Shown here one piece after another: positions 26,893 through 41,800 of a stretch of 64,000 nt of DNA. Numbering within the stretch: the stretch's first letter is position 1; every line of letters starts with the position of its first letter. The notes beneath the pieces were generated by a model. The model saw nothing but the letters and a program-made list of their open reading frames with translations, made no database searches and was not told where the DNA came from. The stretch is from positions 5,661 through 69,660 of the forward strand of contig MQRK01194125.1 of assembly GCA_001938485.1 (NCBI GenBank), written 5' to 3'. The stretch comes from Girardia tigrina. Taxonomy: Eukaryota. Both the position numbers and the translations under genes were made by a program.

Positions 26893-29800
26893 ATGTCAAC
26901 TAACCATAGGAACAGCCGGTATGATTCATTCCCTTAAATCCGTCCCCAAAAGAACCTTCCACGCAGTTGCAAGAGAATCCCCCATTTGGAAGGTCTGTAC
27001 ATAGAGCATTAGAGTCACAGGTAGCATCTTGATGAAAGGAACAGTCCTGTTGATCGGGGTTGACCGGTTTTATTGGAATCTCTACATTATTACTTCCTTA
27101 AATCCTGTTTGAAAATATTTATTTTACCTGAACAGGTATTTCCGTCGCCTTCATAACCGTTTTGGCAAATGCATTTATAGCTGCCGTGGGTATTGTAACA
27201 TGTCGCATAAACGCTACAGTTGGCCGTCTTGTCTGTGCACTCATTTATATCTTGAAAAGAAAAACATTTCAATAAAATTATTTATTTTTGTTGAAGATGT
27301 TAAAAAAGTTTAGAGATTGTTTTCAACAATTATCGGTTGAAAATGACCTAAAAATTATCGAAATAGTCTTTGCTAAGATAAGAAGTATAAGAAGAAGTAT
27401 TCCAAAAATACGATAGTCTTTTACCATTGCTATTTTCAGAGGAAAACTCTTTAAAGTGAGAAGTTTAATTCAAAAGGCAAATACTCACACTAAATACATT
27501 TGAGAAAAGTGTATGAAAAATGTACGATTACAGTATGATTACTGGACAAAAGCGCTCAAGTAAAATGAGCTCATGACAAAAGCGCTAAGGATCATAGAAT
27601 AAGAATAGAAAGATGGTGAACTATGCTTGTGCAGGTTGAAGTGATAGGAAACTGTGATGGAAGATCGCTGCGGTTCTGACATGCAAATCGATCGTCGGAC
27701 ATGAGTGTAGGGGCGAAAGACTAATCGAAACATCTAGTAGCTGGTTCCCTCCGAAGTACGCCTCCAGATAGCTGGCATTTGTGATTTAGTATCATCTAGT
27801 AAAGCAAATGATTAGAAGAATTTGGGACGAAATGTCCTCAAATCATTCTCAAACTTTAAATGGGTACGAAGAGTATCTTTCTTTAATATTTTTGTCGAAG
27901 ATATACGTAGTTTGAAAGTGCTCAGTGGGTCATTTTTGGTAAGCAGAACTGGCGATGTGGTCATGAACAGTAATTGCGCTGTCTAAACAACTTACTAATT
28001 CGCTATAAATATTTTTTACCAAAAGAATTCTATTATTATTGTTTATTTGTATTCATTTTTAAAATATAATATAATTATTTTAATGATATTTTTATCTCTA
28101 AAGCATGATGAATAGAAAGTGTCATATAATAGAATATCAAATAAGAGTCATTGAAGAATCTAATAAAATTAATCTGTCTAAATAATTTAACTTGAAAACG
28201 TTTGAATTAAGAATGGCCATAAAATGAAAACAAAGGTAAAAGGATCTGTTGGTCTATATGGTCTAAATTCCTCAATTTATCAGTTCTTAAAGATTATTGC
28301 AATAAATAAAATTGTCATTCATTTTGTTCAAGAAACACAAAAAAAGAACATTAAAAGAACATCGGCAATTTGTGTCCTTCAACCGGTAAAAAACGCCTTA
28401 TATGACATGTTTTAGGAAAACGTTCAGATTCTCACCATTCAGAATCCACCATTGCTTACGTATGTGCTTGATTGATGAGGCTTTCTCGTTATAAATGTTA
28501 TCACTTATTGAATCGAATTGTCTCTTTTCATGAAAAGTTGATCCAATATGATAATTACAAACGTTCAGCACGAATAATGCAACAAAAAACAGTCCAAAGT
28601 AAACACTCATCAAAAGAAGCTGATGGTAAAAATTTTATGGTCTACCACAGGTGTAATCCATTATGACTTCAAATAAGAACAGTCGTGTTTAGTAAACAGG
28701 TCGACTCTCATCTGACTCTAGACAATGCAAAACCAAATACTGCATTAAAGACCCTGACAAAACTACAGGAACTTGAGTTGGCATTTCCGCATAATTATTC
28801 AAACTCACCAGACCTTGCCCCAACTGAGTACCATTCCTTCCTCAATTTCAACAACTTTTTGATAAGAAGAAAATATAATTCTGAAGATGTCGTAAAAATG
28901 ACCTTTCAGGAATTTATAGATTCTCGTCCACCAAATTTATATTCTAATGGCCTCAACAAGCTGCTGCTCATAGGACAAAAGTGTGTCGATAATATGTGTG
29001 CATACTTTGATGAATAACACAAAAATATTTGTAATGGTAAATTACCAATAAACTTTGACATTAGTTCTACAAATTTCATACTTGGCGAAGTTATTTAGTG
29101 ATATGAAATTTTAACCAACTCTTTATAGTAATCGTCATTTATGATAAAAAATGAAAAAAATATATTATTTGTGTCATGTTAACTTTGGTCAGATGTTTGC
29201 ATTAATGAACCTCTTTGCTAATGACGAATACAATGGTTTACTACACTGGTTCTAATTGATGTTGGTAAAGGAGTCTTGTATGAGATCTTTGTTATAGAGT
29301 ATAAAAGTATGATTAGATTTTCCTCTTGAAGATTCGATTCGAAAACTCTTCTAATTTACAATGAAATACTCTGTTGTCTATCTTTTCTATAATTAAATGT
29401 TTGAATTTTTTCCTATATTTACAAATGCTTATAATTTGAATCGTTAATAATAATACCACAAAGTGAACCTCAACCGATGGCTTAGGCTGAGACCCAATTA
29501 AATTTTAACTAATTTTTTATAAAAGAAAAAATCATAATAATAAAATCAGACAACAAATATTTAGGAACAATTATAATATTTTGATTTGAGAGAAATCCAA
29601 TTTAATTTTGATAAAAGCCAAAAAGAAAAAGTTAATTTTATGTGAATAAAAAAAATTAAAAACAAAGAAAAGTTTCGAATGTTATAAGCTAACCTTTACA
29701 AGTAAGACCATCTCCTGAGAAACCAACTTTACATTTGCAATCATAATTTCCTAAGGTATTGATACAATCTCCATCCGGACTGCAAACATAACTTCCACGG

Positions 29801-32800
29801 GAGCATTCATCAATATCTAAACATGAAAAAATATTATATTTATAATTTATATTTACCGCTTACCAGTGCAGTTATCAGGCTTTCCTTCAAAGCCTTTCAA
29901 ACAACGACATTCAGATTGTCCTTTGTCCGTACTGTTAAAACACTCTCCATATTGATGGCATTGAACATTTGTATCTTTTAATATGGAAAATGTTCCAGTA
30001 CATGTATTTTTTGTACTACAAAAGTCTGTGAACCATACATCCCCTATCGCTTTATAATTGTTATACGAATCCTGTTTTAAATATAAAGTGAATTTAATTA
30101 TTTTATTTTAAAATGGAATGGCTTACGTAGCATCCACATTGTTCTTTTGGCTTACAACTAGTTCCGCTCCTAAGGAAACCGTCGTTACAAACGCATCCAG
30201 ACGTTTCCCGAAGAGAACAACTGTCCTCAGAGAAAGGGTTATCGCAGGAGGCCTGGCAGCCAGACGTGCGAGATTGATAATGCTGATTTGCTCCGCATTT
30301 CACAGCTGGATAATAATTATTAAAAAGGTGTTCAAAAAAATTAAAAATAAATAAAAATATTAATTTTAAAATATTTATAAAAAAATTATATTCGTTGAGT
30401 AGTAAATGATTGAATAGTTAATTTTATAAAAAAATTAAATTAAAGTAAGGGCACCCGAGAAGGGCGAAGAAAGTATTTGAATAATTTATGCTATACTAAT
30501 ATTTTCTTAAATAATTATATAAAAAAGTATTAATAAAATGTAATTGAATTTATTAAATCATCTCAATTAAATTATCTCTCGGTTCAGGATATTTGTGAAA
30601 GGTTATTTTAATCTCAAAATTGAGTCTCGGGATCGCACATGAACACAGATAGACAATGACTAACGAAGGTAATCGTGTAGTCATATCCATCACAAAGTGT
30701 TCATGGTATATCGCTAACATTTGCTGTTACAAAGCAAACAATATTGAATCACTTGGCTGAAATTGGGAATTTAAAAAGATAACAGAAGTGGATTATAAAT
30801 GATTTGAATAAAATGCAGAAACAAAAAGCGTTTAGATGCTTGCTTGATAATGCTTTCTCGTTATAAATGTGAAAAGTTGATCAAATATGATAACTGCAAA
30901 TGCTCAGCAAATTGGGATGACACGAATGAAGCAAAAAGACACATTCCAACGGCACAACACTCATCAAAAGAAGCTGATTGAGAGTGTTTGATGATATGGA
31001 ATAGGTGTAATCCATTAAGACTTCTTGAAACCTCGTTCATTGATCACAGAAGATGTCTACTGCAACCAATTGGAAGATATGATGTGGAAACTCAAAGTAA
31101 GGTTGGCGTTTTAGTGAACAGGTCGATTCCAATCTTGCTCTACAATACAAAACCACTGAAGACACTGAAAAAACTACGACTTCTATAATTGGAACTTCTG
31201 CATCATCATTCATGCTCACTAGACTTAGTGCCTACTGACCACCATTTCTTCCTCAATTTCAACAACTTTGTGATAGGAAAAAATTTAATTCCGAACATGC
31301 TGTAAAAATGGTCTTCTAGAAATTTATAGATTCTCACCAACTTATTTTTTACTCAAATGGCCTCAACAAGCGACCGCTCAAATAACTAAAGTGGGTCGAT
31401 AATATTGGTGCATTATTTGATCATTTATCAATATTTTTATTGGTAAATTATCAATAAACTTTTACTTTAGTTCTACAAATTTCTTACTTGATGACCTAAT
31501 ACCTAAGAATAATATAATTTAAACTAATGAATAATGTTTTCCATTGTCAGAAGTTTTTCTTTTTTTTCTCTTTTTGGAACAAATTTAGTGAGTGTTTTGG
31601 ATCAAATTAATTCTTTTTCGAACTGTAATGGTTGTAGAGATGGGTCCATTGTTGATTTCAAATACTTGTTTTGCTTTTTTACTAATGTTTCGCTAAAGTA
31701 AATCAACATTATGCTGCCGTTGTCGCTGTGATTATCAATCCCAGTAAATGGTCTAGATAATATTGCTTTTCGATAAGTTCTGTCTTTTGTTGCATTGAAG
31801 GTTTACTTTTTAAGGCTATTAGTATTTATCTGTATTCTAATATGATTACGAAAATTTTCGCAAGTCTAAAGAGAATTTAGTCTATCAAAACCATTGATGT
31901 TTAGTTAGAGTCGTTTTTCCTATGGTTTGCATTCATTCAGGAAGTTTTTATGGAACATGGATGTTTCTCCCTTCTTTCATGGCATCAAAAGTTATCAATT
32001 CTTTTCTGCAAAATAAAGTAGACAGCCCTAATTCTAAATTATTGATGATCCGAGTTCTCATTCTTAGGGGAGAGTCATCATGTCATCGATTCAAAGAGTT
32101 TTGTTTTCAAAAAAGTTTAAATAAAAGTTTGACGTAAACTTCGTGTTTTTATTCCACCGTTACTGATGGAAAAAGCTTTTTGCATAATTTTAGAGTTAAA
32201 TTAAAATATATTAGTAAATTGCATAACTTAACAAGTCAGATATTTCAGACAGTAAATTATATTATTATATTGTACAATATTACATTATATTATATTATGT
32301 TTTATTGGATTATATTATATTATATTATATTATATTATATTATATTATATTATATTATATTATATTATATATTTACTACGTAAATTTATTCTTTATAAAT
32401 TTTTGTAATATATTCATAGAGCAGTTTCAAATCTGTGTTTAGATAAATTACACAAGTATTAAAACCAAAGAAAACTGTGACTAACATAGTGATCATGTTT
32501 ATCTTTAGCCTAAAAATTGGTATTAACCAATTAACGCCGAACGGGAACATTCGTACCCAGCTAATAAAAATGGCTGTAAAAGTAAAGACATTGCATTTAG
32601 CTATGTTTCGTTGATAAGGTGTGTACTCTGAAGGTTCAGAACACATACGGAACATGTTTTGTTTCTCTGTCACCAGGCATGCATGCGCAGTAGCCGGCTG
32701 ACCTTGACCAAGAAAGGAGTGTATTACATAATTCTCGGCATTAATGGGTTAACTTATCCGAATGATTGAATTTTAAATAAGGTACATTTTAATTTAAAAA

Positions 32801-35800
32801 GATAATAACCTTTTATCAGCAGAAAATGTTTTTGGTAGTTTTACAAGGTAAAATGTTATTTATTTATATTTTAAGATATTTGATAAAATTAAAGAGTTAT
32901 ACGTACTGCAACCGGTGGCGGGTCTCCAGTTCAGTAATACTCCCATGGCAGCACATTGATCTGCATAAATTTGATAGGAACTACAGAGCAAATCTGTGTT
33001 TTGTGGATCAGAACACATGTCAAAGTAGCATGATGGGTAAATTGTTTGTGGATCTACTAGAGCATGGCAAGTGCTAAATGGCCCAGTCGGATTCGTCAAA
33101 ACGGAACACTTTTCTGTCACAATTACATTGGTTTGATCGTCACAGAGATTATGTGGAAGTGTCAAATTTAATTTGGCACAACTTGAAAAATGAAACATAA
33201 ATAAAATACATAAATTTTGTAGTTAAAGTAGTTACTTTGCTTCATCTTGAACAGCTGACATCCAACTATTTCCCCACATTTCTCTGTCATCAGTCTGTGT
33301 TCCATCACTCAAGGTCCATTCATCATTCGAATTTCCATTCATATTTCCACACATTCCACACAATTGATTTGCGTAAGTGTCAGGCACCGAGACCGTCACT
33401 CTTGCTACGCCATCGTACAACACTACCACTCCAAATGAAGTTTGGGCTCTAATTCCTTTAGTACCATAAATTATGGTCACTTCAATATCGTCGATCTTCT
33501 GGATTTGTGGAGGATTTAATTCCAATCCATTTATCTATAGTATGTTACATTATAATTTATGTCAAGGGTGAATATTAATTGAATCTTTTAATGGATAATA
33601 TTAACATAATGGTTGGGTCTAATATGTCCATTATACATTTATTGTTTTAATGTGAATGAAAGACCCCATACTCTCCTTACGAGGATTCTGTTCAATTGTC
33701 CCCCTCGAATTTTCAAACGATGGTATATAAATATTATAATTATTATTTCAAGTAACAACATGACGTTCAATTAATTTTTATATAAATAGAAAGTTTTGAA
33801 GGTTTTTGAAAAATGTTTTAACCTTCCAATTAATATTAATCATTACCAAGATTCATTTTTGTGTGTTTGGAAAAAGCAAAGGATATTTGTGCCTTGGCGT
33901 TTCTTCCTCCGGATGAGATACCAAAAGCGTTTGATATTTTGAAACAACATTTACCACAACAAACTAAGGATGTCATGGATTGGTTTCAAAATAATTATAT
34001 ACATGTAAGAATTAGAAGACATATGCGCGATGGCACAGTTGTTCGTGCATCACCTTTATTTCCACCAACAATATGGACGGTTTATGATTCTATTAAACAA
34101 GGCATTCCACGTACTCAGAATGTCGTAGAAGCTTGGCATCGAAGATGGGAATGCCTTATTGTACGAGCACATGTTGGATTTTACAGGTTAATTACAGAAT
34201 TTCAGAAAGAACAACAGCAAGTCAATATTCAGGTAGAATGTATACTCCGAGGAGAACCTACTACAAAGCCTAAGAAATCATTAATCGACAGAGTAAATAG
34301 AATAATGACAGTAATTAAAAGTCATGATACTGGAACAATAATGGAATATTTGTGTGGGATTGCGCACAATTTGTCATTTTAAATAAAATTTTTGATTGAC
34401 TTCTTCCGTATTTATATTTTTGTTTTTTTGAATTTTGAAGTTATTATTTTATTTTTTATTTGAAGTTATTATTAAACAAAATTAAAAAAGTAAAATAATT
34501 TTAATTATATACTAATATTTAATATTATAAAGTTATACGGTATCTATAAAAAATTTTTTTTTGGGTTTGTGGGATTTATTTGGAATTTTGGGCTGTCGGG
34601 ATTTTGAACCGCTCTCGAGGGATTGATTTCTGAAAACCAAAAAGACATCATCTACATATCTCTTGTACAAAACAGGTTTTTCACCAGGGTATACATTCAT
34701 TTTATCCTGAAGCGACTTCATAAATATTGATGCCAAAGTTGGTGCTAATGGGGAACCCATTGCGACACCGTCTTCCTGAATGTACCATTCACCAGTAAAA
34801 AGAAAAGGTACATTTTTGGCACAAAATTTAAGAAGTTCTTTCAGTGCATGCTTGTTCATTATTTTATTCACAGAGTTAGAGTTTTCAGCCTTACCTTTAT
34901 CAAATTTTGTAATAATTATGTCCTTCTTTTTTCTTAAATCCTTTAATGTTTTTTCTTCATTATTCTTCATTTTCTTATTGTTATTAATGTAAATATTTGT
35001 AACCTTTTTTAATTCAAATTGTTTGTCTTTTAATACATAACCTATGATATCTTGAATCTGTGATTGTTTTTCTGTCTTGTCAATGTTTGATTCTGAAGAG
35101 TCCAGAGCAGTTTTGCTTTCCTTTTTATCTTTTTGATCTTTTTGAATAATTTTAATTTTGCCATTGCCATTGCCAATTATACTTTTTTCATATTGTTGAT
35201 AAATATATTCGATTTTAGATTTTAATTTCCATGTATTTAACGAAGATCTTATTCCATGATTATGACCAAATTTTAAGATTTCCCGTTCCTCATTAGTTAG
35301 CTCAAAGTTAGATAAGTTAATTAAAGAATTCCCAACATTAAATTTTGTTACACCTGACAATCTTTGAAGTTTAGCGAGTTTTTTTGTTTTGGATTGATTT
35401 AACCTCTAATTATTGGAAATGTTTCGATGTTTACATACATCATCATCAGAAATTTGATGATGTATGTAAATTTGATTTGTATGTAAACATCGAAACATGT
35501 CCAATAATTATATAAAAAAGCTTTAATCAAATTATATTTTCGAAATATTAAACTTGCGTTCACAAGACTCTATATTATTCATAATGAAGCTGTGAATCTC
35601 TTCCTAGATTATCAAAAATCATACAATATTGTTTTCGCTTTTCATTTTTACGTCGCATTTTTGCATTAGCTCTTTGTTGTCACCTTTTTTACATGATAAA
35701 TTATATTAAATACCCCAAACGAATCATTTATGTGGTATGTTTAATGGAATGTTTAATAATGAATATGTTTAATAAGTACCCAAACTGACAAGGAAAATTT

Positions 35801-38800
35801 ATTTCAAAAGATGTGACAATTTTTGCAAGAAGACTTGGATAGAAGTCATTTTAAAATATTTTAATGAAGAAATGTATCTATAAAATTGAAATAAAATAAA
35901 TAATTATTTTAAATATTCTCTTGATAATAAATAAAAGTTTTATTTTCACTTTCTTTCGATTGAAAGAAATAATGATGATAGTGGATATGGACAAAAAGGA
36001 ACCGCAACTCAACAACACTGGATAAAAAAGCAGTCTCAAATGATAAGTTATCAAAACATTTTCATTTAAAGAAGGCCGACCGACTGGCATGAAACATGAA
36101 AATATGAAACTGATTTACTATTGTCCCTTCGGGGAATATAACAACTGACGATTGCTTAAGGGTCTAGTGATAAAAAGAGTAAGTACGAGTGATTGCTTAG
36201 TGATAAGCTGGTAAGTGACATTATTTGAGAAGATACCGACATGGTTGTGGTAGTCGCATGTGATATATATGATAGCGATTGCGTGACTATATCGATACAA
36301 GAAACCATGAAATTCTGCAATACCAAACAATGAATGAGAGAGTTGTCTAACTAGAAGACACTCATTTTCTCACAGAAGGGTTTATGAGAAAGAATGAAAC
36401 TGTTATCTTATATCTTGTCTGGTAAATAAGTTGCATAACCTATGTAATCACTTTTACATTGTAATTTTGGCCTCTCTCACCTAACCATTTGTGCTATTAT
36501 AGTAGATGAAACACCATTTTTGACCCATGTCTAAAATGATAAGCTTTATAAACAGTGGCAGTTTGAGACATAGTTGAGGTGTATGATGTAATTTATATAT
36601 AATTATACTCAATTCACCTTTATTAATGCTTGAACAATTATTTAATAATCACTGTGAGTATGACCGGGATTATTTTTGACATACTTTTATTTATAAGACA
36701 ATACTAAAGTTATCTTTCTTCAAAAACTTCAACAAGAGTTTTTTTTTAATCCTTAAAATTTATTTATCTAATTTGCGTTTCTTGAAATAATAATTTAGTT
36801 TAATTATAAGTATAAAGTCAATATTGTATTGATTAATAATACTAATATGATTTTCAATACATCTATTCACATCACAACTTGAATTGCTACTAGCACAATT
36901 CTACATAAAACTTACGTCGTTAGTCATCGATCATGATTGATAAATTAAAATTCTATTAATAAACCTCTAATTACGGTTGAATTTACAATTTGAATTACAA
37001 AATAATTTTAATAAATGAAAATAATTTTATTTTCAAAAATATTTATGATTAAAATACTACTATATATTTATTGATTAAAATATAGTAATTTAATTTTAAA
37101 GTTGTTATTGACATTTTTATATTGTCAAAATAATCCGACGGTTCAAAAGATTCAAAATATCAATCGTCAATCTCGGTGGGAGAAGCATAATTCTAAAAAT
37201 AACATACAATAAATATCACTCGAAAGTATTCCTCACAATTATGAAGTGTAATAAAAGAATATTAAATCACATCATTAAGTATTTAATACTCACCAATAAT
37301 ACACCATCCTTTGCCAAAGTGATCGTTTGATTTTTTAGTATTAAAGTGACGGATTTTGCGAAGGACACTTTGTTGTTGATTCCTCGGTGTTCGTTGGCCG
37401 TGACAATTTGGAAGGGTGTTAGACTGGCGGCAACCGTATTATTTTTGAAACATGTTTCTGTTAATCTGTAGGAACAAATCCCCATAAAATGGTGTACGAC
37501 ATTATCGAAAGAAACATAATGTGGATCTCCCCAAGCGACGCATTGATTTATTTCTGAAATTAAATTAGGGATTATTTTTTTTAAAAAAATATACTCAGAA
37601 AATCGTGTTTATTGTTATTTAGTGTGATATTTTGGAAAAAAGAAAATATATCATGTTAAAAATATAGAACAAATTACTGAAGCATGTTTTGCCGTCCCCA
37701 GAGAAGCCAGGATTACAGACACATTTGTATGAGCCATATGTGTTAATACATTTAGAATTTGGATCACATTTTGCCATTCCTGATATTGAACACTCGTCGA
37801 TGTCTGTCAAAATATTGAGCATATAATCCGATTTATTAAATATTTATTATATTTAATTAATATCATAATAATATTCATTGATTTTTAAAAATCTCATGAG
37901 AAAAAAGAATCAAAGCAAAAATGTATTTTTAATAATGAAAAAATATAAATTATTTCAAAGTATTTTTTAATGTAATTTAAATTAGATTTTATTAAATTAA
38001 TTTAAAAATCAATTTAATAATTTAATTTATTAAATTTGAGTTTTAATTGAACATATTTATAAAAAAAACGAAATTCTAAAAAATATATTAAATGATAAAT
38101 ATTACAAATATTTTATTTTCCAAATGTACAAAAAATAATAATTAATTATTATTCAAGAAAGAAAATTTTTATTAAATCAAAATAATAATTTGTATCATAA
38201 AGAGATTTTTAATAATTTTAATTTTCAGTAATTTTAATTTTAATAATTTAATTTTAATATAATTTTAATTTTTAATAATTTAAATGTTTCAATAACCATC
38301 CTAATGTTGTAAATGTCCATAAACTTAAAGTAAACACATAATACATATTTGTTTTATTATTCATGTCTTTAGCTGAATAATTATTTAATTCTTTTTTTTA
38401 TTTTTTTAAAACACACCAAAACATTTTCATGTTCAGTTAACAAAAGTCCAGGATAATATACTAAATTTATTCAACAGGACATTTTTATCTTTTATAAACC
38501 ATTTTTGCAACTCACTTTAGACATTTAAACATGGTTTTAAATGCTTTATTAATAATGCATCAGTGAATATGTTCTCATGATAAATAAATCAGAAAAGTAA
38601 GAAAGATAACAATTGATAATTTCTATAGATAGGAAGTAGCAAGAAAGGAAGTTAAAGATGCTGAGTTATTAAAGAAAAGGCAGATAGGTTGTTTAACACT
38701 ATTCTTAGGAAGATTTACTTTTAATAAAAAAGAAAATCCAAATTCATCTGTAGTCTTGTAAGGATGGAGTAGATTGTCGAGAGTGCAAACCCGTCTTCTA

Positions 38801-41800
38801 AGAAGTGATTCATGGTGAAAAACTGTATTTTCGTGTTGTAGTTCTTAGTATAGTAAAAATAATATAGATATAAATATAGTTATTTATCCTTACACGTGTA
38901 ATGTATTTTACAAAATCTACTAACACTGTCTCGGAGCTGTTACTCTTTCATGACTATGGTAGAAAAATGACTAACTGCAGGATGATGAAATGTTTTGTAA
39001 TCAACACATGGACCAATAAGAATTGTTTACCTTTTCTTTACATTCAATTCTTACTTTAAGTATATTATTAATTCAATTTTAAAATATCCAGATTTTGCCT
39101 CTATCGTTACTTTAAAGTTTTAATTTTTAATGAAATGGGCTAACTATCCATAAAAAATATATAAAGATTTTTTTCGGCAATGAACATTTTTATTAGATTT
39201 AATAACATAGAAAGAAAGAAATCAATTTATAAATCAAATCCAATTATATCCTGAAAAGTTAAAATAAATAGATACAACAAAAACATTGTTGAAATTAAAG
39301 AGACAAGGAAATGAAACATGAGAGAGAATTATTTTACAGTAGAACATTAATTACACATACAGAATAGAAAACAGTCAGTTTCAAAAATAAACTCTTCATA
39401 GAGTCTCATGTTTAAGAAGACAGCTGACTTAGCCAAAGAGATATAAACCGCACTAGTATTCTCAAATCAATATCATCACAATACCCACGGTATCATTGAG
39501 AGACAATTCAGAACAATATATTGCAATATGATCATTTATCATCGTAAATTAAGAAAAGCAGTTAATTTAAAAATCATGAAAGTCTTCTAAAATGAATTTT
39601 TAAGTTCAATAATAGGTTTTTATTACAAAAAATTAGAAATTCATAATTTATTTTTAAGAAGTTCCATCTTAAGATGGAAGAACAGAAAAATGTTTATGCG
39701 AAAAATGACTTACCGAACTAAGATATTTATTTTTAATTCCGTTTGGACTCATTTCTAGTCGACACAGACTATAACAGATGTATCAACTTTAGTACAGGAT
39801 AATACTTTAATACACAAATAAATTTACTTCACTATTTTAGTCTTTTTGGAAAAATAAAGTCTCTAAATAACGAAATATCCTCTTATTCCATAAAGAAAGA
39901 AATTAAAACCCTTCTAAACGTCTATTAAGGTCAGGGCTCGTTCGTAAAATACATAACACATAAAAGTGTGTCACTTTGTGACAAGAGGGGAGAGGGTTTT
40001 AAAATTTGTTACGTCACAAAAAATGATTATTTTTGAATTCTTCTTTTCAAAAAACAATAAATAATATAATGCTTCGAATAGATCCAAGAAAATATTTTTG
40101 ACGAAGAAATTATGGATTTGTCAATGCTCGAAGAATGGGAATTAAAGAAAATATTCCAATTTTTACAATTGAAGAGCATTTAGCTCAAATTTGGAAATAA
40201 TTGATGAGAAATAAAAAAAATATTGTACTTTGTATATTTTTTTGTGATTAGTAACGTGACACCTAGGCGGGATCTTATGAAAGTGTGACACTTTGTGACA
40301 AGGCGGGAGGGGGATCTAAGAATCCAAATTTTCGCGTTATGTATTTTACGAACGAGCCATTACTTTACGATCAGAATTTCAAATGTTCTATCAAATACAA
40401 AGAAGAAATAAAAAATTAATACTTACTCTTTCGGGTTTAATAATTAAATATTTCTTTTATTAATATTTTTTGTGGAAATTGAAGACAATTTAATCATATT
40501 TATTTATGTGAAAAAAATTATTGTTCTTCAAAAGAAATTGTAGTTTTTAAAGTTGTTTGTTTAAACGCATCATTGATTCGAATCTGCTTGAAATGACCTT
40601 GGGTTTGTTTTTTGTGTGAGTGATAATTGAAATTCGAATTTTGGTGTACGTGACAAATAAAGTTTATTTGAAAATTATTCTTTTTGATTCTATAGAAAAG
40701 ACTATTAAATAAAGCGGAGATAAATCATTCACAACACCATTGGGGTCTGAAATGTCGTTTATAGCAATTATGAATGTTGATAAAAAGTACAGTTTACGGA
40801 AGCAGCGTAACTAAGGAAAACTCAAAAACCATAATAAGTATTAAATTTTGACATTTGTAAAAATGGTGACATGCATTTTTACTGATGTTTTAAAGGGGCG
40901 TTTTACATCGAGAAAATCGGATATCTCGATTGCATTAAATGCAAAAAATAGAAGTCTTATTACTTTTTTGTATTTATTATTATTTAATTATTATTGTTAT
41001 AGTTAATTATTTCCAAATGCAACTGTAAGCATTAAGTTTTTTTAACAATTTTAATTCTTCACTCGAGCTTCTGCCAACTGAATGAAAAGATGTAAATTTT
41101 TAGCACAATGGAATTAATAAAACTCATTGAAAGAAACTGTATTCTTCTCATAAATATTTGTAAATAAACTAATTTTATTTTAATTTTTTTAATAAAGATT
41201 AAACTGAATTGTGATTTTGATTTGAGGAAAGACCTAATTTTATTCTCTCGGGAATCTGTTCATCCTCAAGGAGAAGGATTTCCTTCGAACTTCATCAAAA
41301 ACTAAAAAGTTTGAAATTTTATTTTTTGTAAATTCTTTGTTTTATTCATCAGCTTAAATTTAATACATAACTCTACAAAAACAAAAAATAGATTCCATAT
41401 GATAAATCAGAGTCTAGCGATAATTTGATGAAAGAAAAGAAACTTTGGCTCCAGTTATATTGATGCTTACGGGTTGTTAAGACTCCTGACATTAAAATCA
41501 AAACATTTATTTCCAATTATCTTCGAGAGAACTATCGGAAGATCATTCGCTATTCATCATAATTCTAATTAGTGTTATTTCTGATTTTTTAATAATAATT
41601 ATTCGAACAAATTTTCTTATTTTCCTTTAATATTAATTATTATTTTTTTTATTTTGAAATTATAGATATTCTTTGATAAATATATAGGCTGTGTCGTAAA
41701 AAACGTATTTTTTAAATACGTGTATTATTATAAACACTATTGATAATCCCCTCCTTTCTCCAGAATAGATCGTAGGTCCTTACACATTTTCAACCGCGCC

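Noticed and set aside
29320-29350. ttgaagattcgattcgaaaactc resembling a hammerhead core
   Set aside because: No CUGA match and no stem I or III; insufficient.
31600-32200. Possible Penelope GIY-YIG remnant
   Set aside because: Too decayed to support beyond vague motif resemblance.
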